This document shows, piece by piece, positions 1 to 10,441 of a DNA stretch of 24,000 bases (positions are counted from its first letter, which is position 1; each line of letters begins with the position of its first letter). This DNA is from Catenibacterium mitsuokai (lineage in GTDB: Bacteria > Bacillota_I > Bacilli_A > Erysipelotrichales > Coprobacillaceae), in contig NZ_CP102271.1 in assembly GCF_025148785.1 (NCBI RefSeq), forward strand, positions 877,569 through 901,568. The letters are read 5' to 3'. The translations under genes and the position numbers were made by a program. The notes under the pieces were generated by a model. It ran no database searches. It saw only the letters and a list, made by a program, of their open reading frames with translations, and was not told where the DNA came from.

Positions 1-534
1 CTTATTATTCTTAAAACGTTCATACATAGCTCTATTGATTCCACAATGAATAGTCATGAAATCCACACCATCTTCTGCATGCATTCTTACAATATCTAAC
101 CATTCTTTTGCAGTAATATCTTTTAAAGCCTTATGATAGTAAACTACAGCATCATAAATAGGGACTGTACCAATGATGGCAGGACATTCTTTAGTTAATC
201 TCTTTCTAAAAGTACGTGTATCACCATAAGAACTTAAGTCCATGATTGATTCAGCACCCATTTTTACTGCATTATTCACTTTTTCAATTTCTACATCCAT
301 GTCCTTGCAATCTCTAGAAATTCCTAAGTTGACATTGATCTTAGTCTTCAACATTGAACCAATACCACTTGGATCAATAGAAGTATGATTCTTATTACAT
401 GGAATAATAGCATGTCCTTTCGCAATATGTTCACGTAATACTTCTACATCCATAGATTCTTTTGCGGCTACAATTTCCATTTCAGGTGTAATAATCCCCT
501 GTCTTGCAGCATCCATTTGTGTTGTGTAACTCAT
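1..534 (-). CDS. thiC: Phosphomethylpyrimidine synthase ThiC, N-terminal part (3' end lies beyond the window start)
   Basis: My translation of the minus strand from the ATG (complement of 532-534) gives [50 protein letters not shown]...MTIHCGI, a typical ThiC N-terminus. An AAAGGAGG RBS sits just upstream and a TPP riboswitch lies in the leader. This ORF is absent from the ORF track because it is open at the window edge. Confidence 0.9.
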   Translation of the reverse strand, partial: MSYTTQMDAARQGIITPEMEIVAAKESMDVEVLREHIAKGHAIIPCNKNHTSIDPSGIGSMLKTKINVNLGISRDCKDMDVEIEKVNNAVKMGAESIMDLSSYGDTRTFRKRLTKECPAIIGTVPIYDAVVYYHKALKDITAKEWLDIVRMHAEDGVDFMTIHCGINRAMYERFKNNK

Positions 535-552
535 ACACTTCCTCCTTTAAAC

Positions 553-585
553 AATAAAAAAAGGTATACCTGAGCATGTATACCT
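553..585 (-). terminator. Intrinsic terminator hairpin between the TPP riboswitch and thiC (expression platform)
   Basis: On the minus strand AGGTATAC-ATGCTCAG-GTATACCT is followed by a T8 run. It lies between the riboswitch aptamer and the thiC RBS. Confidence 0.65.
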
Positions 586-597
586 AAAAAAACAAAA

Positions 598-682
598 TTC
601 CTACGCCGGCATTATCCGTATCAGGTTTTATGGGTCGAAATCCGATCGTATTTCTTCTCAGCCGTCGCGTCAGCTCCCCTTT
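598..682 (-). promoter_or_regulatory. TPP (THI-box) riboswitch aptamer
   Basis: The minus strand reads GGGGAGCTGACGCGACGGCTGAGAAGAAATACGATCGGATTTCGACCCATAAAACCTGATACGGATAATGCCGGCGTAG. It contains the conserved CTGAGA and ACCTGAT..GGATAATGCC..GCG THI-box elements directly upstream of thiC. Confidence 0.88.
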
Positions 683-917
683 TTTTATTTGGTTGATAGT
701 GGTATATTACATCTTATATAAATAAAATGCAACGCTTTCATTAAAAAAATGTTACAAAATTATTGTGAAATTTTAAACAAATAATGTAACAATGAATACA
801 TTGTTATCTTATGACTATCTGTCAACAAAATATCACTTATTTATTGGATTGATGAACTGATAATGTAAAGATGAAACATTTTTACGAAAGTTTGATCTCT
901 ATTTGTGAAAATTATAG

Positions 918-2396
<1,479 letters not shown>

Positions 2397-2401
2397 TACT
2401 C

Positions 2402-2430
2402 AAGAGATAGCTATGGCTATCTCTTTTTTA
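2402..2430 (+). terminator. Rho-independent terminator after the GH1 gene
   Basis: AAGAGATAGC-TATG-GCTATCTCTT is a perfect 10-bp stem followed by a T-run. Confidence 0.8.
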
Positions 2431-2486
2431 GCAGTCTGATTTGACAAGTGCTAAATAAAGACTATAATTATCAACAGGTGATAAAG

Positions 2487-3215
2487 ATGCGTAACTATGT
2501 ATTTGATTTTACTCATTCCTATAAAGGGGATTATCCACAGTTAACTTATTATGATTGTAGTGACATTGAAGGAACACGCTTATTCTGTGATCAACATGCA
2601 GAAAAACAATTAAAAGAGATGATAAGTAAGAATGGTATTTCTGGTATTCATTTTATTGATTCAGGCGATTATCATTACATCACTAAATTGATGACTGATT
2701 TTATTCATGAACCTTTTGATCTTGTTTTGATTGATCATCATACAGACATGCAATCTTCTATTGTAGGAGATATGCTTAGCTGTGGAAACTGGGCTAAAAA
2801 AGCTTTACAAAATCCTTTCCTTCATCGTTTATACTTAATAGGACCAAGTAAACATGATTTAAAATCAGTGGAACGGAATAAAGTATTAAGTTTCAGCATA
2901 GAAGAACTAGAACAAGGTGCTACTATTCCTCTTGAAACGAAATATCCTGTTTATATTTCTATAGATAAGGATGTCTTAGATGAAAGATATGCCATGACAA
3001 ACTGGAATCAAGGAGATATGTCACTGGGGATGTTAGAGGATGTATTAGCGCACTTCTTAAAAAACTGTGAAGTAATTGGTATTGATATATGTGGTGATGA
3101 TCCAGATATTGATGATTATCCTACTTATATAAAAGCGGAAAGAATCAATAATCTTTCTGATGATGCACTTTATCAAACTGCTATGAAAATACTTAAAAGG
3201 AGACAAAAGAAATGA
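2487..3215 (+). CDS. Arginase/agmatinase/formiminoglutamase (ureohydrolase) family protein
   Basis: The metal-binding motifs LIDHHTDM (DxHxD) and SIDKDVLD (SxDxDxxD) are present. I prefer the ATG at 2487 (AGGTG RBS 6 nt upstream) over the GTG at 2448 in the ORF track. Confidence 0.7.
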   Translation: MRNYVFDFTHSYKGDYPQLTYYDCSDIEGTRLFCDQHAEKQLKEMISKNGISGIHFIDSGDYHYITKLMTDFIHEPFDLVLIDHHTDMQSSIVGDMLSCGNWAKKALQNPFLHRLYLIGPSKHDLKSVERNKVLSFSIEELEQGATIPLETKYPVYISIDKDVLDERYAMTNWNQGDMSLGMLEDVLAHFLKNCEVIGIDICGDDPDIDDYPTYIKAERINNLSDDALYQTAMKILKRRQKK

Positions 3216-3772
3216 GAAAAGATTTTGGTGCACGTGCACTTACTTATCCACAGCCTGTCTATATGATTGGGAGTTTTGATAAGAATGATCATCCTGATTT
3301 AATGAATGCAGCATGGGGTGGCATTAGCGATACAATGGAAATTTCATTGAGTCTTTCTAGTGGACATAAAACAGTCCAGAATATCTTAAAAACACAGGCT
3401 TTTACTGTCAGTATTGCAGATGAAGATCATGTAGTAGCGTGTGATTATGTGGGTGTTGTATCAGGGCATAAGGAACCCAATAAACTAGAAAAAGCAGGTT
3501 TTACTTATACGCCATCTAGTAAAGTTCATGCACCTATTATCAATGAATTACCTATATGTCTAGAATGTCGTCTCAAGGACTATGATTTAGATACAGAAAT
3601 CATGAAAGGTGAAATTGTCAATGTATCTGTAGATGAACGTATCTTAGATGAAACAGGAAGAGTCGATGTATCTAAAGTAAAGCCTATCACATTTGATCCA
3701 TTCAATAATCAATATGTAGGTTTAGGAAAGATTGTTGGGCGTGCTTTTAAAGATGGTTTTAAACTAAAATAA
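3212..3772 (+). CDS. Flavin reductase-like (FMN-binding split-barrel) domain protein
   Basis: 186 aa. The N-terminus LTYPQPVYMIGSFDKNDHPDLMNAAWGG is typical of flavin reductase/flavoredoxin-like proteins. ATGA start/stop overlap with the upstream gene. Confidence 0.65.
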   Translation: MRKDFGARALTYPQPVYMIGSFDKNDHPDLMNAAWGGISDTMEISLSLSSGHKTVQNILKTQAFTVSIADEDHVVACDYVGVVSGHKEPNKLEKAGFTYTPSSKVHAPIINELPICLECRLKDYDLDTEIMKGEIVNVSVDERILDETGRVDVSKVKPITFDPFNNQYVGLGKIVGRAFKDGFKLK

Positions 3773-3789
3773 GGACTCATTGAGTCCTT
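3771..3789. terminator. Bidirectional terminator hairpin between convergent genes
   Basis: AAGGACTC-ATT-GAGTCCTT has A/T runs on both sides. It sits between the stop at 3772 (+) and the stop at 3795 (-). Confidence 0.7.
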
Positions 3790-3794
3790 TTAAA

Positions 3795-4391
3795 TTAGTC
3801 TTTTTTAACTGTATGTAATTTATCTAATAAACCACTCTTTTTAAATGTAGGTGCTAAAGCTAAATAAAGTGCTGAAGAAATCACAATCGCAATGACTGCA
3901 TTAGTAATAGTAGTCACTGCATTCCAAGATGCAAGAGCTAAAGCAGCTTGAGAAGGTGCACCAAGTAATACTGAAGTATAGAAATAAGAGAATAGTGGTT
4001 CAGCAATCACATTAAATAATAAACCTGCAAATGTAGAAGCGACTACACCAATCACTAACTGCTTACCTTCTAGTTTTTGAATCTTGAATACTCTATGGGC
4101 TACTAGACCTGTAATAACCCCAATACTAAACTTTAAGATAAATGTCTTTGGTGCAACTATTACATAAGTAGGATCAAGTAAATCACCAATACCCATACCA
4201 ACTGCGCCTGCAACTCCACCAGGAACACCACCTAATAATAAAGCAGCCAATACACAGAAAGTATTTCCTAAATGGAATGAAGTAGTTCCTCCTGGTGTTG
4301 GAATCTTGATCTGTAGGAATGTGAAGGCGATATAAGCTAAAGCCGCCATCAATCCTGTTACTGCAATTTTTAATGTTTTATTTTCTTTCAT
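3795..4391 (-). CDS. ECF transporter S component (substrate-capture subunit, substrate unknown)
   Basis: 198 aa polytopic membrane protein. The Gly-rich helices (LLLGGVPGGVAGAVGMGIGDLL) and the size are typical of ECF S components. GGGGGAG RBS. No riboswitch is visible in the leader. Confidence 0.65.
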   Translation of the reverse strand: MKENKTLKIAVTGLMAALAYIAFTFLQIKIPTPGGTTSFHLGNTFCVLAALLLGGVPGGVAGAVGMGIGDLLDPTYVIVAPKTFILKFSIGVITGLVAHRVFKIQKLEGKQLVIGVVASTFAGLLFNVIAEPLFSYFYTSVLLGAPSQAALALASWNAVTTITNAVIAIVISSALYLALAPTFKKSGLLDKLHTVKKD

Positions 4392-4492
4392 ATAAAACTC
4401 CCCCTTTGATGAATAACACTATACATACATTCTGACATTATATAAATATTCAGTTATCAACTAAAAAAATAAGGTCAGTTTTAAAACTGACC

Positions 4493-4939
4493 TTATTCAT
4501 GTACGATTTTCCCAAATAAGAAACGGATCAGAGGACCACAATAGAAAATCTGGAATAATAATGCGACAGGGAAGTTTATGAATGTTGTCTGGAAATAGAC
4601 TGAAACATCAATGTTCTTGAATAATACAGTTGCGATTAAACTCATGCATGGACACATGATACAAACAATCATACATGAGATTGCAAGAGTAATCACAATA
4701 GGACGATCTGTAGTCTGTACAAAACGGAAAGCAAGCTTATGAGCTAAAGAATCTACAACAAGTAGTTCTAAAAAGAAAGCGACAGGCCACATGATAATCA
4801 TTTCGTGGAAGGCAAGTAAAAAGACCTGGTTTGTCATTCCTCCGATATTTAATGAGATGTTGAAGAGAATCATGACATACACCATTAAGAATGACATCAT
4901 CGCAGTAAATAATAAATTCTGTTTAAATGTTTTAGGCAT
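4493..4939 (-). CDS. DUF2798-family small membrane protein
   Basis: 148 aa with four predicted TM segments. The N-terminus MPKTFKQNLLFTAMMSFLMVYVMILFNISLNIGG resembles DUF2798 proteins. AAAGGAG RBS. A palindromic terminator (AAGGTCAGTTTTAAAACTGACCTT, about 4469-4496) overlaps its stop. Confidence 0.6.
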   Translation of the reverse strand: MPKTFKQNLLFTAMMSFLMVYVMILFNISLNIGGMTNQVFLLAFHEMIIMWPVAFFLELLVVDSLAHKLAFRFVQTTDRPIVITLAISCMIVCIMCPCMSLIATVLFKNIDVSVYFQTTFINFPVALLFQIFYCGPLIRFLFGKIVHE

Positions 4940-4965
4940 TGGAAAAATGCTCCTTTCTTGAAATT

Positions 4966-4999
4966 ATACAAAAAAACAACACTTAATATAAGTGTTGTT
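4966..4999 (-). terminator. Rho-independent terminator downstream of the MocR-type regulator gene
   Basis: On the minus strand AACAACACTT-ATATT-AAGTGTTGTT is followed by a T7 run. Confidence 0.75.
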
Positions 5000-5091
5000 C
5001 GTTATCAAGCTATGCTTGTGCGTTTCCAATAATACCCTAAATCAATCTTCTTTTTTTGCATGATTTACTTTAATATATTTTAAGAAATATG

Positions 5092-6483
5092 TCAATAAAG
5101 TATTTTTTCTAATATTTCTATAGCCTGTGGTAACTTATCTAAATCGATAGAAGAGTAGTTCATAATGAAGGTATGGGATGTATGAGGTATATTCTTAAGA
5201 TAGTAATGAGAAATAGCTCTTAGATGGATTCCTTCTTCTTTTAATTTATTGATAAGTGTTTCATCAGACATATGTGTATGAATCGTGATAAGGAAATGAA
5301 GACCTGCATCTTCCTTGGAAATAGTAATCATATCCTTTAAACTACTTTCTTCTAACATTTTTACAATCGCATCACGCTTATTATGATAATGGTTACGTAA
5401 TTTAGTAATATGCTTATCAAAATAATGTTCATTAATAAATGATGCAAGAGTATATTGTTCGAAGTTAGAGACTGTACAGGCATAAAAAGAGAGCTTCTTA
5501 TTATAGCGTTCTAATAAATGGTGAGGAAGCACCATATAACTAATACGAATTGTAGAGGCAAGAGTCTTAGTAAAAGTATTCATATAAATAACCTTTTCAC
5601 TTAAATCAATACTTTGCAGGGCAGGAATAGGCTGTCCACTTAAACGCAATTCACTGTCATAATCATCTTCTATAATATAGCGATGTTCCTTCTTATTTGC
5701 CCATCCAAGTAATTCATAACGTCGAGATACAGGCATAATAATACCAGTTGGGAAATGATGAGAAGGAGAGATATGCGCAATATCTACATCTAAATCTTCT
5801 AATTGATTGACTAGTATTCCCTGCTCATCCATATCTATAGGAACACATTTTGCTCCCAAACTAGAATAAACATCTAATATTTTATTATAACCAGGATTCT
5901 CTACGGCATAGACAAGATCTAAACCTAATAATTGTACGAGTAGTCCATATAAATATTCAGTTCCTGCACCAATAATAATTCTTTCTGGTTCAACATCCAT
6001 ATTTCTGAATTCTTTTAAATGGTGAGAAATCGCTTCTCTTAATTCATAAATACCACCTACTGGAGGATTAACCATTAGTTCTGATTGGTGTTCATTTAAT
6101 ACGTCCTTCATAAGTTTTGCCCAGGTTGTGAAAGGAAACAAATGGGCTGGTGTCTGATTAGAAGAGAAATCACACCAATAGGATTCTTTCTTAATAGAAG
6201 GTTTATGAATCATCTTGGCAGGAATAAGGGGTGTCTTATTATTAATAGGAGATACATAAAAGCCTTTCTTAGGTAAAGAATAAATATATCCTTCAGCCAT
6301 TAACTGAGCATAAGCATTCTCTATTGTGATAATACTAATACCTAGATTTTTCGCAAATGTACGCTTAGAAGGTAACTTCTCATCTGCTATCAGATGTCCC
6401 TCTAGAATATCATTTTTGATAAATGTATATAATTGCTGGTAGAGAGATTTATGGTTATTTTCATCAAAACTATATGTAAGCAT
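5092..6483 (-). CDS. MocR/PdxR-type regulator: GntR winged-HTH fused to a class I aminotransferase-like (PLP) domain
   Basis: 463 aa. The N-terminal GntR HTH reads LPSKRTFAKNLGISIITIENAYAQLMAEGYIYSLPKKGFYV. It is followed by a roughly 350-aa aminotransferase-fold domain (..NPGY.., ..SFTKTLASTIRISYMV..). Confidence 0.85.
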   Translation of the reverse strand: MLTYSFDENNHKSLYQQLYTFIKNDILEGHLIADEKLPSKRTFAKNLGISIITIENAYAQLMAEGYIYSLPKKGFYVSPINNKTPLIPAKMIHKPSIKKESYWCDFSSNQTPAHLFPFTTWAKLMKDVLNEHQSELMVNPPVGGIYELREAISHHLKEFRNMDVEPERIIIGAGTEYLYGLLVQLLGLDLVYAVENPGYNKILDVYSSLGAKCVPIDMDEQGILVNQLEDLDVDIAHISPSHHFPTGIIMPVSRRYELLGWANKKEHRYIIEDDYDSELRLSGQPIPALQSIDLSEKVIYMNTFTKTLASTIRISYMVLPHHLLERYNKKLSFYACTVSNFEQYTLASFINEHYFDKHITKLRNHYHNKRDAIVKMLEESSLKDMITISKEDAGLHFLITIHTHMSDETLINKLKEEGIHLRAISHYYLKNIPHTSHTFIMNYSSIDLDKLPQAIEILEKILY

Positions 6484-6576
6484 AAATTCATCCTTTCTTT
6501 TCTAACCATTATAGCGTAATCATTTGAAAAAAAGAAGAAAACAGCATAGAATAGTCATATTAATGGAGGATAATCT

Positions 6577-7155
6577 ATGGCGTTAACGGCTAAAAGAATT
6601 ACAGAGAATTTTAAGGAATTAGAAGATCTTAATAATGAAGCATTCCCTAAAGAAGAACGTGTCTCTATTGAGAGAATGATTGATTTATCTCAAACAGGTA
6701 TATCCGATCTTTATGGTGTCTATGATGAAGACACATTTGTTGGTTTCTTTATGACAATGACATCTGCTACATGTGTTTATTTATTCTATCTCGCAATTCG
6801 TTCATCACTTCGTTCTCGTGGGTATGGCGGACGTACTTTAAAGTTGATGGATGATCTCTATCAAAGACAGATTGTGTTGGATATGGAACCTTTAGATGAT
6901 CAAGCAGATAACTATGAACAGCGTTTAAGACGTACTAAGTTTTATGCGAGTCATGGCTACCGTTCTAGCGGGTATCATTTATTCTATTGGAATCAGACAT
7001 TTGATTTATTATGTACAAGAGGTCCTTTCCTAAAAGATGACTTTATTGAGATTACTAAAGAACTTCAAAGAGTTGTGGATGAATCCGGAGAAGGGGACTT
7101 CCATCCAAAGATGTTGAAGGCAGCCTATGATATTCTAGATATTATTGATTTATAA
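6577..7155 (+). CDS. GNAT-family N-acetyltransferase
   Basis: 192 aa. It carries the acetyl-CoA motif-A-like segment LAIRSSLRSRGYGGRTLKLM. It is divergent from the MocR regulator, the usual arrangement for a MocR target gene. Confidence 0.7.
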   Translation: MALTAKRITENFKELEDLNNEAFPKEERVSIERMIDLSQTGISDLYGVYDEDTFVGFFMTMTSATCVYLFYLAIRSSLRSRGYGGRTLKLMDDLYQRQIVLDMEPLDDQADNYEQRLRRTKFYASHGYRSSGYHLFYWNQTFDLLCTRGPFLKDDFIEITKELQRVVDESGEGDFHPKMLKAAYDILDIIDL

Positions 7156-7177
7156 GAACCGAAAGGTTCTTTTTTTC
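7155..7177 (+). terminator. Rho-independent terminator after the GNAT gene
   Basis: AGAACC-GAAA-GGTTCT is followed by a T7 run. Confidence 0.75.
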
Positions 7178-7257
7178 ATTTCCTAACACTTAGGAAGTGA
7201 AATTGAATGCATAAAGCACTGTAAACCATTACAATAAAGGTACAGGAGGTTATACGT

Positions 7258-9132
7258 ATGAATAATAGACAGCAGCGTATTATAGATATCCTTTATGATT
7301 ATGATGAATGGGTGACAGGTAAAGAGCTTGCTTCTATGTTGTCTGTATCAGATCGTACAATCCGTTCTGATATTGAGCATATTAATAAAGAGTATGAATG
7401 TACTCTTATAGAAGCCAATCGTCGTAAAGGTTATCACTTAGACGAGATGCTGACAAGTGTCAAAGGAATTACGACAAAGTCAGTCATTCCTCAGACATCT
7501 CAGGAACGTGTATCTTGGATCATTAAGGAATTATTGTTTAAACAGGAAATCAATCTCATTGAATTACAGGATCGTATTTATGTCAGTGGTTATACGATTG
7601 ATAATGACTTAAGAAATATCAGACGTATACTCAATGAATATCCTTCTTTAAAAGTGGTACGTGTAAAGAACCACATTCGTTTAGAAGGTAATGAAAATGA
7701 GAAGCGTTCTGTATATAAGCATCTATTAGAATCAGAAATCAAAGGAAACTTCACAAATATCAGTGCCTTGTCTCATTTATGGAAGGATTTTAATCTCATT
7801 GATGTGGTAGAAATCTTTAAGAATGTCTGCGCAAATAATCATTATAAGTTCAAGAATGTCAGTCTTCCTATGTTGATGATGCATGCGGGTATTGCGATTG
7901 AACGTATCAGGAATAAGAATTATTTATATGAAACACAGAGTGATTGTACAGGTATTGATTTAGAGTATCGTGTCTCAAAGGATTTCTTTGAAGAATTATC
8001 ACAAAAGTTAGGTATTCCTTATGTTGAAGAAGAAGTCGTTAAGTTTGCTTTCTTATTAGAAGGAAGAGGCAGTCATGTAGACTTAAAAGCAGAATCACAA
8101 CAGTTAGTAGAAGAAGTATTATTAGACATTAAAGATTGTTTTGATATTGATTTTAGAGATGATGAAGAACTTTACAATAGCTTAGTCATTCATATGCAGT
8201 CTTTGCTTGATCGTATTAAAGTAGATAAACCTAATACAACAGCTTATTTAAAGGAGATTAAAAGGCAATATCCTCTAGTCTTTGAAATGGCGATACATGC
8301 CAGCGATGTCATTTCTAAAGCTACAGGTAAACCTTTAGTAGAAGATGAAATCTCTTATCTCGCTTTACATTTTGGAACAGCCTATGAAAGACATATCGAT
8401 ACACAGAAATACCGTGTAGTTATGATTATTCCCCATAATCAGATGCTGGCGAAAGCATGTATGGATAAGATTGAAACACGTTTTAGAGAACGTATGGAAA
8501 TTATTAAAGTATTCCCATTCTTTGAAAATAATATGATTGCATCACTTCATCCTGACTTGATTTTGACTGTTGTACCTTTACAGCATGAATTATCTATTAA
8601 GACAGTATCAATCAGTTTATTTGTGAACTATGAGGATGAAAGTCAGATCTTCCAGGCATTGAATCAATTAGATAGAGAAAAATATCATGATCAGTTCTGT
8701 CATATTGTAAAGAAGCTGATCGGACAGGAAACATTCTTTATAAAAAAAGACATCGCATCTAAGGAAGATGCCATTAACTATTTATGTGACAATCTGATTC
8801 AGTTAGGCTATGCCACACAAGAATATAAAGAAGATGTTTTTAAAAGAGAAGAGATGGCAGGAACAGCCTTTGTGCAGGGCTTTGCGGTACCTCATGCCAT
8901 TACAGTACAGCCATTGCGTTCTACTATATCCGTCATGGTCTTAAAGAATCCCGTTAAGTGGGGTAAGTATGAAGTACGTCTTATTCTCTTATTATCTATT
9001 AGTGAACAGGATAATCAGATGCTGCATACATTTTTTGACTGGTTATCCAATGTACTTATTGATTACAACCAGCTGATGCAGTTTATCGAAGCAGACAATT
9101 ATCAACAATTTATGAAATTAATGACAGCGTGA
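7258..9132 (+). CDS. PRD-domain transcriptional regulator (LicR/CelR/MtlR type: HTH + 2 PRD + EIIB-like + EIIA(Mtl/Fru)-like)
   Basis: 624 aa. It has an N-terminal HTH (WVTGKELASMLSVSDRTIRSDIEHINKEY). The central PRD-like regions contain the conserved histidines (..LMMHAGIAIERI.., ..LVIHMQSLLDRI.., ..ISYLALHFG..). The C-terminal EIIA(Mtl)-type segment reads (..GFAVPHA..). The gene sits directly upstream of a PTS operon. Confidence 0.85.
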   Translation: MNNRQQRIIDILYDYDEWVTGKELASMLSVSDRTIRSDIEHINKEYECTLIEANRRKGYHLDEMLTSVKGITTKSVIPQTSQERVSWIIKELLFKQEINLIELQDRIYVSGYTIDNDLRNIRRILNEYPSLKVVRVKNHIRLEGNENEKRSVYKHLLESEIKGNFTNISALSHLWKDFNLIDVVEIFKNVCANNHYKFKNVSLPMLMMHAGIAIERIRNKNYLYETQSDCTGIDLEYRVSKDFFEELSQKLGIPYVEEEVVKFAFLLEGRGSHVDLKAESQQLVEEVLLDIKDCFDIDFRDDEELYNSLVIHMQSLLDRIKVDKPNTTAYLKEIKRQYPLVFEMAIHASDVISKATGKPLVEDEISYLALHFGTAYERHIDTQKYRVVMIIPHNQMLAKACMDKIETRFRERMEIIKVFPFFENNMIASLHPDLILTVVPLQHELSIKTVSISLFVNYEDESQIFQALNQLDREKYHDQFCHIVKKLIGQETFFIKKDIASKEDAINYLCDNLIQLGYATQEYKEDVFKREEMAGTAFVQGFAVPHAITVQPLRSTISVMVLKNPVKWGKYEVRLILLLSISEQDNQMLHTFFDWLSNVLIDYNQLMQFIEADNYQQFMKLMTA

Positions 9133-9140
9133 GGTAACAT

Positions 9141-9692
9141 ATGAAAAAACAACAACAGACTATTGCATCATTACCAAGACGTTTTGGTGCATATTTATTA
9201 GATTGGTATATTGGTGCTCTTTTTACATCATTTCCTATCGCAATTGTGTCACAGAAGATTTATGGCACAATGAAGAACCAGAATCTATTAGAATACCCTC
9301 ATCAATTAGGACTGATTTGTGGGCTATTCGCATTACTAGGCGCAATTATTTATTATGTCATTATTCCTTTGGTGATTAATAAGGGACAGACAATTGGTAA
9401 AAGAATATGTCATATTAAGATTGTAAAGAGTGATGGCAAAGATGTAGGCCTTAAAGAACTGATACTTAGAGAAGTATTAGGCGCCATTATTATTGAAGGC
9501 GTTCTATATTCTGCAAGTACAATATTACATCAGGTATTACAGATCAGTTTAGGTATTAGTTTGGTAAAGCCGATGATGTATGTTGGCTTTGCGATTACAA
9601 TCGTGAGTGCTATTTTATGTTTAGTGAATAAGAAAGAACATCTAGCATTACATGATTATCTAGCACGTACTAAAGTAGTGAATTTTTCCTAA
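9141..9692 (+). CDS. RDD-family membrane protein
   Basis: 183 aa. The N-terminus RRFGAYLLDWYIGALF and the later QTIGKRICHIKIV are RDD-domain hallmarks. Three TM segments. Confidence 0.7.
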   Translation: MKKQQQTIASLPRRFGAYLLDWYIGALFTSFPIAIVSQKIYGTMKNQNLLEYPHQLGLICGLFALLGAIIYYVIIPLVINKGQTIGKRICHIKIVKSDGKDVGLKELILREVLGAIIIEGVLYSASTILHQVLQISLGISLVKPMMYVGFAITIVSAILCLVNKKEHLALHDYLARTKVVNFS

Positions 9693-9766
9693 ATAGAGGA
9701 AATCGCATTCACTACCTGAAAATAAATATAAGTTTATACTATGAATTGTGAGATGGAGGAAATCAC

Positions 9767-10093
9767 ATGGAAGATTTAGAATTATTAAGTTTTAACATTA
9801 TTTCTGCCGTGGGTACTGCAAAGTCACGTTATGTACAGGCAATGTATCTTGCTGAGAAGGGTGATTTTGATGAAGCTCGCGCAAAAATAAAAGAAGGAGA
9901 AGAAAGTTTTGTGAAAGGTCATGAAGCACATGCATCACTTATCCAGAAGGAAGCATGTGGTGAAAAGACAGTTCCAACAATTCTTCTTATGCATGCGGAA
10001 GATCAGCTTATGAATGCTGAAACAACAAAAATCATGGCTGAAGAGATTATCAAACTATCTCAAAGAATTAAAAAATTAGAAGGAGGAGAATAG
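9767..10093 (+). CDS. PTS lactose/cellobiose-family EIIA component
   Basis: 108 aa, an all-helical EIIA(Lac/Cel) with GDFDEARAKIKEGEESFVKGHEAHASLIQKEA and MHAEDQLMNAET. GGAGG RBS. Confidence 0.9.
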   Translation: MEDLELLSFNIISAVGTAKSRYVQAMYLAEKGDFDEARAKIKEGEESFVKGHEAHASLIQKEACGEKTVPTILLMHAEDQLMNAETTKIMAEEIIKLSQRIKKLEGGE

Positions 10094-10094
10094 G

Positions 10095-10418
10095 ATGAAA
10101 AAGGTTTATTTATTCTGTAGTGCAGGTATGTCTACTAGTATTCTTGCAAGCAAGATGCAGGAAGTCGCAAATAGCCATAACTTACCAATCAAGGTGGCTG
10201 CTTTCTCTCATAACAAATTAGGAGAAATCGTTAAATCTGATTGTCCTGATTGTATTTTACTTGGTCCACAGGTTGAATATCTTTATGACGAAACAGTAGC
10301 TAACTTCGGGCACCTAAACATACCTATTTCTGTGATCGACCAGGATGATTACGGTATGATGAACGGTGAAAGAGTACTTAAAAAAGCTATTCTATTAATC
10401 AAAAAAAACAATAAATAA
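10095..10418 (+). CDS. PTS lactose/cellobiose-family EIIB component
   Basis: 107 aa. The phosphocysteine loop is in MKKVYLFCSAGMSTSILASKMQ. Confidence 0.9.
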   Translation: MKKVYLFCSAGMSTSILASKMQEVANSHNLPIKVAAFSHNKLGEIVKSDCPDCILLGPQVEYLYDETVANFGHLNIPISVIDQDDYGMMNGERVLKKAILLIKKNNK

Positions 10419-10441
10419 TAATTAAAGGGAGTACTTAAAGT

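Noticed and set aside
727-740. Possible catabolite-responsive element (cre) upstream of the GH1 gene (minus strand TGAAAGCGTTGCAT)
   Set aside because: The left half-site matches the TGWAANCG consensus, but the right half has three mismatches. The site lies about 230 bp upstream of the start codon. This is too weak to call without a scoring matrix.
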